Assembly: GCF_009914755.1 (NCBI RefSeq)
Contig: NC_060934.1
Source of the DNA: the human T2T-CHM13v2.0 reference genome, Homo sapiens
Length of the DNA stretch: 64,000 nt
Direction: 5' to 3' (one strand)
The notes under the pieces: generated by a model
Seen by the model: the letters and a program-made list of their open reading frames with translations, nothing else
Databases searched by the model: none
Told to the model about the DNA's origin: nothing
Translations under genes and position numbers: made by a program
Part shown: piece after piece, positions 32,827-47,424 of the stretch
How the letters are laid out: every line of letters starts with the position of its first letter
How positions within the stretch are numbered: the stretch's first letter is position 1

Positions 32827-33849
32827 GAAAGGTTGCAATAATTGGGAAGAAAAAACATAAAGCTGCAGGTATTTAACCTTGGGAGACAGGTCTCTTTTTT
32901 AATCCTACAAGACACCTTTGCATAAGCTAAAGGCCCCTCAAACCTTCAAAATCCAGCCCCATTTGCCTCCTCAGCAGACACCTTTTTTTTCCAGTAAATA
33001 TGCTAGAAGCTCAGATGGAGAGGGGCAGCCTGCCTAGTATCCACCTAGCCCTATCCTCTCCTCAAACTCTCATACTTGGGGACCTCTCTGTGGGACTCAT
33101 AATTTGGACTCTGTCACCCATGAACATAAAATCAGGTGAATAGACAGACTCTTGATTAAGGAAGAAGAAAGCCAGGTTTAAAAACACTCCTCAGTTTCAT
33201 TACTGTATTTATCTGTAAGAAACATAGTAAGATGCTGAATAAACATTTCCGGAATAAAGAAATGCATTATGTACTGTTTAACAACCTGTCAGAACTGAAT
33301 GGGCCACTCAAAGAAACTCTCAACTAAAGTCAACAAGAGAGTCAAAAGGGAGCTCAATAACATCAGCATAGTTATCACCAAAGAGATATACCTTGGGAAA
33401 AAAATATCCTTGAAAAAGCAAAAGGAAGACATTATTTTTATGATTTTCTTAATTGATACCCTTAACTACCTAATGGACAGAAATATCCATCAGATCAATT
33501 TCATTGATGAGAAAAACAAAGTCCAAGAAGTTAAATAGAATTAAGGTCCAGTGATATGTAAGTAGCAAAGCCTGAATTCCAGTTCAAATCACACGACTCT
33601 AGAGGCCCATGTGCTTAACAGATACACCACCCATTCTCCATCCACCATTGACAAGATAATAGAGCAACTGAAAAAGTATAGATGAGTCCCATGTCATGTT
33701 TTCTCTTATGATGTGCCTCCATGTTACATCATACCCTAAGCTACTGGGGTATAACAGGATGCTTTTTGATCCCCAAAAAGTTGAGGAATGCTTTATTCAG
33801 GAAGGTGTGCAGTTGTCTTACTTTGGAGAATTTTCAAAGAAGAAAGATG

Positions 33850-34150
33850 GGTCAGGCACAGTGGCTCATGCCTGTAATCCCAGCACTTTGGGAGGCTGAG
33901 GCGGGTGGATTATTTGAGGTCAAGAATTCAAGACCAGCCTGGCCAACATGACAAAACCCCATCTCCACTAAAAATACAAAAATTAGCCGGGCATGGTGGC
34001 ATGCACCTGTAATTCCATTTACTCAGGAGACTGAGGCAGGAAAATAGCTTGAACCCAGGAGGTGGAGGTTGCAGTGAGCCAAGATCCTACCACTGCACTC
34101 CAGCCTGGGTGACAGAGCAAGACTTTGACTCAAATAAATAAATAAATAAA
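33850..34150 (+). mobile_element. AluS
   Basis: Full dimeric Alu with (AAAT)n tail. Confidence 0.96.
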
Positions 34151-34672
34151 GTTAAGTTGGCAAAGCCCCCTGGAGGTGGTGCAGTCCAGACCTCTCATAT
34201 AATTTTGAGGAAACCAGTTTGCAGTGATATAAAGTTATTTATCTCTGGTAACAGAGCTTATCAATGATGGAATCAAAACTAAAGAGTATTCTCCTTTATC
34301 TTTTACTCTTTTTAATATATCATGCTGCTTTACTTCCATCTAGAATGTCCTGACAAACACAGACTTATTAACTTTGTGTCTTAATAAATACAGACTTGTT
34401 GACCCCATTAACCTTTTCCTGGACTATTCAGCCCTGATACATTCTGCTTCCCTGATCCACATTAAATTTATCAATACAATATCAAAATAATTTTCTCCCT
34501 CTCTGAGAAATAATAAGGATTCTTCTTTCCCTTTTCTCTGGATGCCATAACTTTGTAACATGTGGCAAATGCTTCTAAGTATTATTGTGCAAGCAAATCC
34601 AGCCATTAAAACATAAACTGAAATTACTCTACAACATTACTTTGGCTGCTAACTTGGAACGATTCCTGTGGG

Positions 34673-34675
<3 letters not shown>

Positions 34676-34711
<36 letters not shown>

Positions 34712-34734
34712 TGTGTGTGTGTGTGTGTGTGTGT
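34676..34734. repeat. (TG)n microsatellite, about 29 units with one interruption
   Basis: Seen directly. Confidence 0.98.
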
Positions 34735-34849
34735 AAGGAGGCAGGGTGAATCAATGGCAGGTGCCCACATTTTTTATTACGTCAAATCTCTTTATAAGAG
34801 TTGGGAAGAAAATGAAGCAAAAAAGATTAATAAATAAGATTATAAATAA

Positions 34850-35151
34850 AAAAATTAGGAATATATTTAACCAAAGAAGTAAAAGATCTCTCCAAGGCAA
34901 ACTATAAAACATTCATGAAAGAAATTGAAGAGGACATAAACACAAACACAAATAGAAAGATATCTCATGCTCATGGATTGGAAGATTAATTTTGTTAAAG
35001 TGTCTATATCACCCAAAGTGATCTATAGATTCAGTGTGATCTTTATCAAAGTACTAATGTGATTCTCCACAAAAATTGAAAAAAAATTACAAAATTTGTA
35101 TGGAACCACAAAAGACGTCAAATAACCAAAGCAACCCTGAGCAGAAAGAAC
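34850..35151 (+). mobile_element. L1M ORF2 internal fragment
   Basis: 'gaaagaaattgaagagga...catgctcatggattggaaga...tggaaccacaaaagac'. Confidence 0.85.
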
Positions 35152-36777
35152 CCAAATTTGTAGAAGTTCATGCAATATTTGGTCATTTAAGTAAGGTCAT
35201 CATTGGAAGTTAGTAACAGTAACAATCTGGTAAGTTGATTGTGCTCATAGGCATTCAGCTTTTTATCTGACCTGCAGTCTTTCTTCTTACTCCACATACA
35301 CCGTCCCCTCACCACCACCGCCATGTGTATTTCTCCTTGTGACACTGTGAAACCAAAATTATAGACTGAGACTTAATGTTGAAAAACAATTAGCCTTTAG
35401 AAGTAACATTTCAGGATTCCAGACATGCAGATGAAGGAAAGCAACTGCCAGGCTTTACTTTGGCAGTGATTTAAAGGGTGCTTAGAAGTGAGTAATTGTT
35501 TACACCGCCTGAAGAAATCAAATTGACAATATTTGAATACTTTGACTCCCTACACCCAGAACTGGACATTTATTCTAAATAAATGAATCAAGTGTTGATG
35601 TCTGCTATTGTTTAGCCATTTTCTATGATTTTTTAGAAATGAAAAATTTATAAATAACCAAAAATAAACGCATGATGAATTTTCTGGTAAGGATATTTTA
35701 TTAGAAAGATTTTAACTGCCAAGACATTTGAAAGTCACTAGAATAGCCTAAAAAGTAAATAATTCAAATTCTAAATTTGTTGGTGATTTGAGATTGTTAT
35801 TCATCTGTGACAAACTTACCCTGACCTTTAAAAATTTTCTGTTGTTTCACGTGGAACTTTTTAAAGTTAAAACAAAGTTTCTCTCATTAAATATAAGCAA
35901 AGGTATCCAAATGCCAAATTGGATTACAGACTATTAAAAAAGAATATTGAAATAAACTGTAATGTAATTATTCAATATTAACACATTCCATATGTAGATT
36001 TTTTCTTTTTTAAAAAAATCAATAAACCAATATTTTATATTTTACTTTTTTTACTGCCACGATTTCATATGTGAAGTTCAATTTTTAAAAAATCACTCTC
36101 TGCATTTATTTTTGGTCATTATTCTTATTGCTCATTGCACTTATTAAAATAATTTTTTCACATAAAAGAAGGGGCTGTTAAAAAACCTGATCCACTCTGT
36201 TGTCAAAAACCTTAGTTGCATCACTGAATTAAGTAGTTAGAGGACCAGATGAAATTCACCCATGGTCCTACTTCTATTCTTCCAGCTTCTCAAACCCTGA
36301 GAGCATGTATGGTCATTCCAAGTTAATGTATAGTGAATGAAAAATGCTATCTTGTGCCACGTTGAGGATTTGGTATATGAGTGTTAGCTAATTTTAATAC
36401 AAGATGATAAGGGATGCTTTAAGCCACCATGCACAAAATGTCCATAAGTTAAGAAAATCTAAGTAGTCTGCAGTTGCTTATCAGCATGTCTCAGTTTTGT
36501 ACTTTCTTACTCCCGAGATATATGTAATTATGTAGTTATTTCTTTAAAACCTGGGGAAACTACAACCCAGTTCCTGAAAGCCTTCTTGCCAGCAAGTTAC
36601 CCAGCTGTTGGGGAAGTGAGTATATCAGCAAAGATAAAAGGGCAAGCCTCAATCAACTCAGTGGATATGACCCTCAACGTCTCTGGGCAAGCTTACTATT
36701 TGCATCAAAATGCATAAGGGATACCTACAATCTGACCCGGCAGTAACTACAATTGGAAAGTGAATATTGTCTTTAGT

Positions 36778-36831
36778 TAATTAGCTGTACATGTGTAATT
36801 TGTAATTAGCTGTACATGTGTAATTTGTAAT
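36778..36831. repeat. Perfect 25-bp tandem duplication
   Basis: taattagctgtacatgtgtaatttg x2 plus taat. Confidence 0.95.
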
Positions 36832-37096
36832 CACATTTTTTGACCATTTCTTTGTAGAAGGTAGAACAAAGACCTACATCAAGCACCTTGAGGAATGTGG
36901 AGGAAACTCTTAGAAAACCTCCTGTTTGACCAATCTATGAAAAGGGAAAAAAGCCAAAGCAAACCAAACTCAACACTTTTGAAATATTCAAAGACAAGTC
37001 TTTGTTTCTTTGGAATACTTTCAATCTGAGGAGCAGAAATTACAGATACAAATAAGAGAGAAGCAGCAACAATTAATAATAAAAAATTAAAGTAGA

Positions 37097-37590
37097 TATC
37101 AGTCAAGGTGTTTTCAGCTGCAGGTAAAAGGTAAGCTGATGGACAACTGCTTAAACCTAAGGACATTGACCATTTATGCAGTAGGTCATCGGGGGGAAAG
37201 TGGTACCAAATTCGGTTAGTACCTCAACAATATAATCAGAGCCCATAATCTTTTACCATTCTATTTGGCTTTTTCCTACCATCTTTAAATGTCACTTCTC
37301 CCAGTGTCAAAGATATTCAAAGCAAGAAGGGGAAAGAGATGGAATGTAAGAACTCTCCTTACACACCTGACTTCTAACAGTAATCACAATGTTTCCCAGA
37401 ATCCACCTAACAGATATCTCATTTCTCTTTGTCCAGAATTGGGTCACTTGGAGAACCCCAACTTTGCAAAAGAAGCTGGGAAATTAAATATTGGCAAAAG
37501 GTAACAGAATTATAACCTCATTCCTTAGAAAATGCAAGTCTGTTAGCAAAGAAGTTGTGGAAAGAAGCAAGGAATGACGGTAGTTGACTA
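37097..37590 (-). mobile_element. MLT1K/L/M-like LTR
   Basis: 'ccagaattgggtcac...gaagctgggaaatt...gtctgttagcaaag'. Confidence 0.45.
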
Positions 37591-39121
37591 TCCTTGATTT
37601 ATTTGAAAACTATCTCTGATCCACGGAGATGAAAGTTGATGTCATCCTCAAACATTGATGACTGGTTCCTCATCTAACTTATAATTTGAATATAAAACAA
37701 GAAAAAAGATACCTAAACAAGCTATTTTCAGTGGATTTTATAGAACAATCAGCCTGCAAGATGGCCCAGAAAAAAAAATAAATGTAGTGATTTTTAATTC
37801 ACATTATCATATTAAATGCTCTGGTAATCTTGCAGTAAATCTATTAAAACAATAACAATTCTTAAAACAGTGCTTCTCAAATGCATTTATTTTATTTATA
37901 ATTTATTTAAATAATCTGTTGTTTTATGTGACATCCATGGAATTCATTCTAGAGTACATTTCTCTTTTCATTGTTATCTCAGACTGTACACATATTTTTG
38001 CTTGGGAATTTGGTATTTTCTGAGGAAAGACCATCTAATGTTATTGATACCCCAATTAACAGTTCACAGTGATGTCTATCAAAAGTGTTTGAGATATTTT
38101 ATTTTCTTTCTCTCTGAGCAGGCAAAGTACAAACCTAGAATGAGTAAACAATCATAACTCTTATTTAACAAAGATCTGACAGAAGCATGAGTTTAACCAG
38201 GCAAAGGCAAAGCTGAGTACAAAGTTACTGGAAACTAGAATTATCACGTGGTACAAGTAAATACTGTTTGACAGAAAATAATCACTATTTGCTGATAGAG
38301 GAATGACAAAAACTGGGGACAGTCAACTCACTTGTTAATTTCAGTGAATGGCTTCATGTGGCATTTCTCTTTCTTCAAATACCTATTCTGAAAATGGTTT
38401 TCAAGAAAATAAAGCAAAAAGTCATGGAAATAGACAAGTTTTAAAATTACAACCTTTCCTACCTCCACATACCATTTTCACCTTCCTCGATTCTCACTAT
38501 TCACTATACTAGAGTTGTCAATTCATAGGTAAGTTTGAATTTAAAAACCATGGATGGGCTCTCATGCGTTCCTAAGGCTCATTAATATTATTTCCAACAG
38601 CCGTGGCTTCCAGGCTGATGGACAACACAAAATAAGTTCTCACTTGAATAGACTAACTCCATTTTCCAAAGGAAATTTCTCACTACTATCATTGGCTGGC
38701 TCAGGAGACAGTAAGATCAGATTTTATGCATACCATAAGATCACTCCAGAATCTTTCAACACAACCCTCGTGCAGAATCCCTTGCACAAGGCAATGTCTC
38801 TCTGGGGGACAGAGTTTTAGTTATTTCCCCATACACTTCCAATGTGATACAGACTCAGAGGCCACAACTCTTCATTATGACTTAAATTTTTCTTCCTGCT
38901 AATATAAATCCACTTTCTTTAGCTGTCAAAATGTCTATGTTCCAGGACCTAGCAGCGTTTTACTGCATTCATTATAGCAAATAGGCTAGATAGGAATTTT
39001 AGGGCTTGGACCTTATAAATATATACCCACATGTCTGGTTCCTGCAGAGACTTCTAATTCCAAAAGATTCATCATAAATGCTTTTCTCTCCTTTATCTTC
39101 CATGGTTGTGTTCCTCATCAT

Positions 39122-39702
39122 GGTACTGTCAGGGTTCTCGAGGTACAAAACCAATAGGATATATGTATATATGAAAGGGAGTTTATTAGGGAGAGTTGGC
39201 TCACATGATCACAAGGTAAAGTCCCACCATGGGCCATCTGCAAGCTGAGGAAGAAAAAAGCCAGTAGTGGCTCAGTCCGAGTCCAAAAGCCTCAAAAGCA
39301 GGAAAGCTGACAGTGCAGCCTTCAGTCTGCAGCCAAAGGCCCAAGAACCCTCGCAAACCACTGAGGTAAGTCCAAGAGTCCCAAGGCCAAAGAACTTCAA
39401 GTCTGATATCCAAGGGTAAGAGAAAGGGGAGGAAGCATCCAGCATGGGATAAAGATGAAAGCCAGAAGACTCAGCAAGCCAGCTTATCCCACCTCCTTTG
39501 GCCTGCTTTGTTCCAGCCGCACTGGCAGGTGATTGGATGATACCCACCCACACTGAGGGTGGGTCTTCCTCTCCCAGTCCACTGACTCAAATGTCAAGCT
39601 CCTCTGGCAGCACCCTCACAGACACACCCAGAAACAATACTTTACCAGCTATCTAAGCATTCTTCATTCCAATCAAGTTGACACCTAATATTAAATATCA
39701 CA
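39122..39702 (-). mobile_element. MLT2B-type 3' LTR of HERV-L
   Basis: 'gtcagggttctc...aaagggagtttatta...caatcaagttgacacctaatatt...atcaca', followed by the reverse PPT 'catccaccccc'. Confidence 0.92.
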
Positions 39703-40319
39703 CATCCACCCCCTGTCAACTTGGCACCCATACACATCTCCTGAAATCAGTCTCCAAATAAAGACAACAATATGGTCATAATTACATCTATCATAAGGCA
39801 GCTGTCCTTCATATAACCAGAAGCACACTAATCCTTAACCTAAATGTTATTACATAAAGTTAATGACATTTAAATGCTGATATGAAGTCAATAAATCCTA
39901 TGTTACATGATAAAGGAAAAAGAAAAGCAATAAAATGAAGGTATTTTCTTAGTGCAGGTGTATACATGCACAAACATATTCTTAACAAAATAAGGAGGAA
40001 TTACTCATGACAATTACAATCTTCATTTCTACAACTGGTCAGTGGTTGTAGCTGTTATTGATGACTACCTACTTCTACTACCCATTCTGTATTCCCTTTG
40101 CCTTCAGCAAGCACCTCAGCACATCGTGACTTTTTTCCTGGTGGAGTGACCCAAGCTCATTACTTAAGGGACTGAGTCATTTGTAGCCCTGTCTAGATTG
40201 GGCTGTTATAATTTCCCATTGACCTTAATCACAGGGCATGTTAATACTACAAGACACCCTAATGGATCTCCTGTATTCCACACATACTCTTCTTTACCTC
40301 TATTGTGGAGTAGTAGATT

Positions 40320-40500
40320 GATTTCCTCTTAGCCTGTTGCCTTAGAGGTAGGAGGAGCCCAAAGTGGCCAAGTGGCAATCTTAACTTCCAGTTTAATGGA
40401 ATCTTTGTTGTGTCTCCCGGTGGCAGCATTCCTCCTTCTGGAGCTAAGACCTCTAGACCAGCAGAACTTAACATTGTGGGAACAGGAAGCAAAAATTTTG
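40320..40500 (-). pseudogene. ERV-L dUTPase remnant
   Basis: SAGLEVLAPEGGMLPPGDTTKIPLNWKLRLPLGHFGLLLP downstream of integrase, diagnostic of ERV-L. Confidence 0.85.
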
Positions 40501-40559
40501 TTAGTCGGTCATTAGGGGTGCTGGTGAATGGTGCCACTTTCACTTCCACCCCTTGATTC

Positions 40560-42830
40560 TTGGACCTATGAATCCTGGCTATGGGAGAAACAGTACCATA
40601 TATTGGATACTGGTTCAGAGTGTACAGGACCTTCTGGAGAACTTTGCATCAGCTCTGCAAAGTATTGTCACCTAGTTGGCATTGTAATTGTGACTTCAAA
40701 AGGCCATTCCACCATTCTATCAAGCCAGCTGCTTCAGGATGATGGGGAACACGGTAAGATCAGTCAGTTCCATGAGCATAAGACCACTGGCATACTTCTC
40801 TAGTTGTGAAATGAGAGCCTTGGTTAGAGGCAATGTTGTGAGGAATACCATGATGGCAGATAAGGCATTCTGTGAGACCATGGATGGTAGCCTTGGCAGA
40901 AGCATTGTGTGCAGGATAGGCAAACCCATATCTGGAGTAAGTATCTACACAAGTGAGGACAAACTGCTGCCTTTTCCATGATGGAACAGGTCCAATGTAA
41001 TCAACCTGTAATCGAGAAGCTGGCTGATCACCCTGAGGAATGGTGCCACAACGGTGCCACTGTCCTTCAGCGATGTCCCAGAAAGGGGTTATAGTTGGCA
41101 GCTGTCCACTTTCTGGTGGTTCCTGCATATTTTGCACAACCATCTGTACACCAGGCCCTAGTCTCCTCTTCCTTTATCAACTGATAATAGGGAACTTCCC
41201 AGGAGGCCATCAGTGCAGGCTCCAGGAGGGAAGGCAGGGTGGCAGGAGTGGGAACCATGTGCATTTGAGCCACTTCCTCATGTAAGTTACTTGTGCCCTT
41301 AGAACCTGCTCAAGCCCAATCATGTATATACCACTTCCATTTGAGGATGGAATGCTGCTGTGCACGCCCAACTTTATGGCTAGATTGGTCATATAGGCAG
41401 TTCAGATCTCATGGTAACTTGGTGAACCATAGTCAACCACTCAGTTTCTACCGAGGCCCAGTAACAGGCCAAGAGCTGTCTCTCAAAAGGGGAGTAGTTA
41501 TCTGCAGAAGATGGTAGGGCCTTGTTCCAGAATCCTAGAGGCCTCTGCTGTGATTCACCTATGGGGGCCTGCCAAAGACTCCAAACAGCATCCCTATCTG
41601 CCACTGACACCTCAAGTATCATTGGATCTGCTGGGTCATATGGCCCACGTGGTAGAGCAGCTTGCACAGCAGCCTGGACCTGTTGCAGAACCTTCTCCTG
41701 TTTTGGACCCCACTCAAAACTTGCAGCCTTTCAAGTCACTTGATAAATAGGCTGAAGTAACACACCCAAATGAGAAATGTGTTGTCTACAAAATCCAAAT
41801 AGCCCACTAGGCATTGTGCCTCTTTCTTGGTTGTAGGCAGGGCCAAATGCAACAAATTATTCTTCATCTTAGAAGGAATATCTCACACTACTGGACCCCT
41901 AAAAATTTTACTGAGGTATAAGGTCCTGAATTTTAGTCGGATTTATTTTCCATCCCCTGGCAAGTAAATGTTTCACTAGTAAGTTCAGTGTGGTTGCTAC
42001 TTCTCACTCACTGGGTTCAATCAGTATGTCGTCAATGTAATGGACCAGTGTGATATCTTGTGGAAGGAAAAAGTGATCAAGGTCTCTGTGAACAAGAATA
42101 TGACACAAAGCTGGAGAGTTGATCTATCCCTGAGGTAGAACAGTGAATGTATATTGCTGGCTTTGTCAACGAAGGCAAATTACTTCTGTGTGCCTTATGG
42201 ACAGGAATTTTTAAAAAGGCATTTGTCAAATCAATGGTTGCATACCAGGTACCAGGAGATGTGTCAATTTGCTCAAGCAATGAAACCACATCTGGTACAG
42301 CAGCTGCAATTAGAGTTGCCGCTTAGTTAAGCTTACCATAATCCACTGTCATTCTCCAAGAACCATCTATCTTCTGCACAGGCCAAATAGGAGAGTTGAA
42401 CAAGGATGTGGTAGGAATTATCACCCCTGAGTTTTTCAAGTCCTTAATGGTGGCACTAATCTCTGCAATCCCTTTAGGAACATGATGTTGGTTTTTATTG
42501 GCTATTTTTCTAGGTAAGCCAGCTCTAATGGCTTCCATTTGGCTTTTCCCACTATAATAGCTCTCACTCTACCGGTCAGGGAGCCAATATGGGGATTCTG
42601 CCAGCTTCTAAAATATGTCTATTCCAATTATGCATTCTGGCCCTGGGGAAATGACCACAAAATGAGCCTGGGGAACCACTGGACCACTGTAAGTTCGACC
42701 TGAGCTAAAACTTCATTAATTACCTGACCTCCTTAAGCCCTTACTTGTAACTAGGGGGCCACAATGACATTTTGGGTCTCCTGGGATCAATGTCAACTTA
42801 GAACCAGTGTCCAATAGTCCCTGAAAGGTT
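40560..42830 (-). pseudogene. ERV-L pro-pol remnant (protease, RT, integrase)
   Basis: LLDTGS at ~42803-42811; GSWRMTVDY; WYATIDLTNAF; YIDD at 42028-42039; PLGFWNKAL..YSPFERQLLA; integrase QVDYIGP..DTYSRY..GIPHNIASNQG; many frameshifts. Confidence 0.9.
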
Positions 42831-42899
42831 AATCATTCCCCTTTCCCCAGTGAGCTGTTACCCTGGTAAAAGGCCAGAGGTCTCCTTGAAGGAAGGATG

Positions 42900-43788
42900 A
42901 AAGAAAGATTAATAGTATAAATTATTGGTAGTACAGTGGGGTCCTTCCTCAAGGGGATGCAGCCTCCCCTTCATTCAAGGGGTTCTGGGTCCGTAAACTG
43001 GCTCAAGTCTGAAAATTGATTGAGGGGCCATGATTCTCTGTTTTTATAATTCAAAGTAGTCTTTTGTCTACTTTACCAGGAAGTTTTCTGCTTGTACACA
43101 TTAAGTAAGAATGTAGTAGGATTCTTACCTACTTCACTTCGAGGAACACCATGATTAATTGGCCAATGCCAGAGCTCTACACATGTCAGACTATTCTGAT
43201 TTTACTGCTTTGCCTCTGCTGGCCATTATGGTAACTAAGCCCACCTTGCCTTTGACCGTTGAGTGTCACCACTTGGCTCCTGCCACCCCAGGATCCAATT
43301 ATTCCCATTGCATTTAAGTTTTCCAATTGAGTAACTGCAGTTTCCACTGTAAGATTAGGCATACAGAGAAGACCAATCACAAAGCTCTTCATGGTTGCAG
43401 GCTCTCTCCTCACAAATCTACTTTGCAAGGTATTGGAGAAGTCTATGTCTTCTGGACCCTCTCAGCTGGGGTGAGTACGTCTAAAGTGACAAATCCATTC
43501 TAGAATTCCAATCTCCCTAAGCCTTTGAATCCCTTCCTCTACATTAAACCACAGGAGATCAGGCATTCTGGCTCACTCACAGTGGGCCATCTTTTGATCC
43601 ATGTTTCACCTAGCCAAGCAAATAAACTGTCAGAATCTTTTTTAACTCCCCAAGCTACAACATTAAATACAAAATCTATGCTTAGTGGGCCCATATCAAT
43701 AAATTCAGCCAGACCTAACTTTATGTTTCTTCCGCTATTATCCCACATGCTTATTATCAATTCCCATACCTGTTGTCTGGATTTCATA
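42900..43788 (-). pseudogene. ERV-L gag remnant (partial)
   Basis: ORFs 43186-43428 and 43539-43787 (WDNSGRNIKL..EFIDMGPLS; AVTQLENLNAMGIIG). Confidence 0.8.
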
Positions 43789-44419
43789 CACTCTAGAAGA
43801 AATCACTCACTGTTCTGAATTTTCACAGGCTTTTGTATTTTTTCTCTTATGGAATTTACAATTTACCTCACTGTGGAGTTATTGATGCACATCTTATCTC
43901 TAAAGGACCATACCCTCTTTGCAAATGCCTTGGTAATTGTTTATCTCCTTAGCCTCCCCCTTGTCTAGAGTAGAACTGGACACATAGAACTAATGTATCT
44001 ATTCTGGCTCAATTAGAATCTTTAAAGGCAATAACTTAGCAGTCAATACACTGGTGATTTGTCATCATCTAAATAACTTTTAACCATAGAAAATAACATA
44101 CTTGAGTATTTAAAATTCAAACCTTACTCTCAGGCTGAGGTCTGAGTTCTTGCTTAAGCACTTACAGTGACATCTTGGTTTAGGAATCTAACCATGCCAT
44201 GTCGCAGTTTCTTTTTTTGTAAAAATGAGAGTACAAATAAGACATGATAAATTGGGGCTTTTTTGTAAGAATTAAATGAGATGATGCCTTCAAAGCTTCG
44301 CTTATACCTTTCAATACCCATTTAAAATTGGCTATTCCTCTTTCAGTTAAAAACGAAAGACCAAAAACATAAGTTCTACCTCTTCTTCTCTCACTTCCTC
44401 CTCTGCTTCCCCTGCCACC

Positions 44420-44441
44420 CTCTCTCACTCTCGCTCTCGCT

Positions 44442-44482
<41 letters not shown>

Positions 44483-44492
44483 TCTCACTCCT
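44420..44492. repeat. (CT)n microsatellite
   Basis: Seen directly. Confidence 0.95.
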
Positions 44493-45554
44493 CACAGAAG
44501 TATCTGTAGTTGTCAAGAAAAACAGATTGACAGGCTAGGTTATGCTGCAATAACAAACAACTCTCAAACCCGGGTGGCTTAAAATACTTACTTCCTGCTC
44601 TTACTTCACGCCCATCAGCCACAGCTCTTCTCACTGGTGTTCTCAATGTCAGAATAAACACCCTCTAGGTATCTCCTAAGGTCTAGCAGAGAATGAGCAG
44701 CATTAGCTTCAATTTGAGAGGGGAAAGAAAGGTCCGCCAGGGCCTTGTCTATCCTCTCTAGATAAGAAACTTTGATTAAGAGGAGAATGTTACTTCCCTG
44801 GCTCTTGTTCTTGACCAATGCCCAGAACATTCTGGTCCTGCCTTCAATGTGTAATGTTGGTGGATTGTGAGAAAATTTATTTCTTCCTTTCAAAGACTCC
44901 CCCAGTCCCTAGGGAGGATTCTCTGCCTAGACCGAAAGAAGACAGAGCACCAGGTTCACACAAACAACAAACCAGCCTGCCAGCCCACAGCCAACTATGC
45001 CATTCTTAAACTCATTATTCTGGGAGACTCTGGGGTCAGCCATGTTGGCTTCAAAACTTGATATGGTTATTTACTAGCTATAACACTTATGTACTGAATG
45101 AATCTCTGTCTCAGTTTTCTCATCCCTAAAACATAGAAGATAATGGCACCAACTCTGGAGATTGTTTCTTGTGACAATTAAAAGAGAAAATTCACAGAAT
45201 TTCACCCCTATATCCAGAGACCCAAAGTGCACTCTTAGTTGTTTATTTATTAACTATGTGAACTCTAGTAAACTCCTTTCTCTCAGAGCCTCATCGGTAA
45301 GATAGAAATAACAGTAGTACATCACAGAGTTCTTGAAAGGAAGAGACAAGATCTAGTTATAGATCTTGCCCAGCACAATATAAGTGTTCAGCAAGTATCT
45401 GTGTTATAATGTTTCCTGTGAAGTCTAGCACTAAGGAGAGATCACTATACTAGAGATCAAGAGACCCAAGTTCTAATTCCCATGCTGACTCCTGACTTAG
45501 GCAGGCCACCTTTACTTTTTGAGCCTATTTTTGCATCTTCAAAATACGGCTTGA

Positions 45555-45907
<353 letters not shown>

Positions 45908-46061
45908 TTAGCAAACAATGTCAAGGTTCTGTCTGCTATTTTTGCTGCCAAACTCTCAGTGGTCCATTCCCTTGAACACTTTCCAGGATCAGGGAGTTGC
46001 CTTTGAACACTGATGTCCTGCTTGGGAAGGGCAGCACAAACTTCCTCTAAATCTCACAGTT

Positions 46062-46615
46062 TGTATTGCAAATATATATTTTTAAAATTGTCAACTTTTT
46101 ATTTTGTTTTGACATCTTTAAAAGCCTTTCTGTCTTGGGGAAGACTGCCCCTCTCAGAGCTACCAAATCCCCAGATATCCCTACAGATAATAAATAAAAA
46201 CTTGCCTATCAGTGTACCTTTCATGTACAAACCAATACTGAATTTATACCCCTAGCTACCTCTATATCTAAGTCTCACACACCAAGCCAATATTTCCCCT
46301 GCCCTATGATGTCACCTAAATTGTCCCAGGGAATACCTCTATGCCTTAGAGTTCCCTAAAATTATTCAAACTAGCCAGTCCTAAACTGGTTACCTTGCCC
46401 CACCCTGCCTTTCTCAAAGAAACCCCAATAAAAGCTCTTGCCTAACTTCTCCTCTGCCTCCTGTCATCTGCCTCCTGACCATCCTGGTTAGGGCACACAG
46501 TGACTGCCTCTCTTGGACCTGTGAGCATAATAAACTTCTTTCTTTCAAGCCTCACTCTCCTTTTTTCATGTGGCCACACTGACTTCACCATATCAACAAG
46601 TACATTCTTAAAACA
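46062..46615 (+). mobile_element. Solo LTR, MER73/MER74/MER54-like
   Basis: TG...CA; 'gaagactgcccctc...aattattcaaactagcc...caataaaagctcttgcc...aataaac'. Confidence 0.65.
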
Positions 46616-47103
46616 TGGTGCCTCCAGACACACACCGTATCCTCCACCAGGTAGACAAAACAAAACAATAAAAAATGAAAAGATACATATAAAGATTTCT
46701 GGCATCAAAGTATCATGGTGTTTAGTTCAATTGCTTCTCATACAAAATAGATGTTCAATAAATTCCTGTTAATGAGGAACAAATGATAGAAAGAAGAAAG
46801 TGACAGACTTCCAACTGCCTACAGCTTGTCTAGCTATCTCTGGGGGGCACCACCATGCTCTTTTTGGATGATTCAGAAGGGACCAGGTTCCCACGGCACT
46901 AGATGTTGCACTGTCCTCTCTCTCTTTTGTTATCCAGGGCTGGGTAAGCTACTACTGGCAAATGGGCCATATAAGGACAATGCCTACTGACAATAAATAA
47001 AACTTTCTCTGTTTCCCAACTGTAAAGTATAAAGAAATGAGGCTCAAAACTGCCAAGGTGACCAAGTTTCTCTTGTCTTCTCTGTCTTTCACCCTTTCAC
47101 CTG

Positions 47104-47424
<321 letters not shown>

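Larger units (their letters stand above)
39703..43788 (-). mobile_element. HERV-L/ERVL internal region, 5'-truncated, no env
   Basis: Frameshifted gag, protease, RT, RNase H tether, integrase and dUTPase remnants in ERV-L order. Confidence 0.95.

Noticed and set aside
40259-43787. ERV-L ORFs as a domesticated gene
   Set aside because: Broken by many frameshifts, stops and an internal deletion; the longest piece is 127 aa
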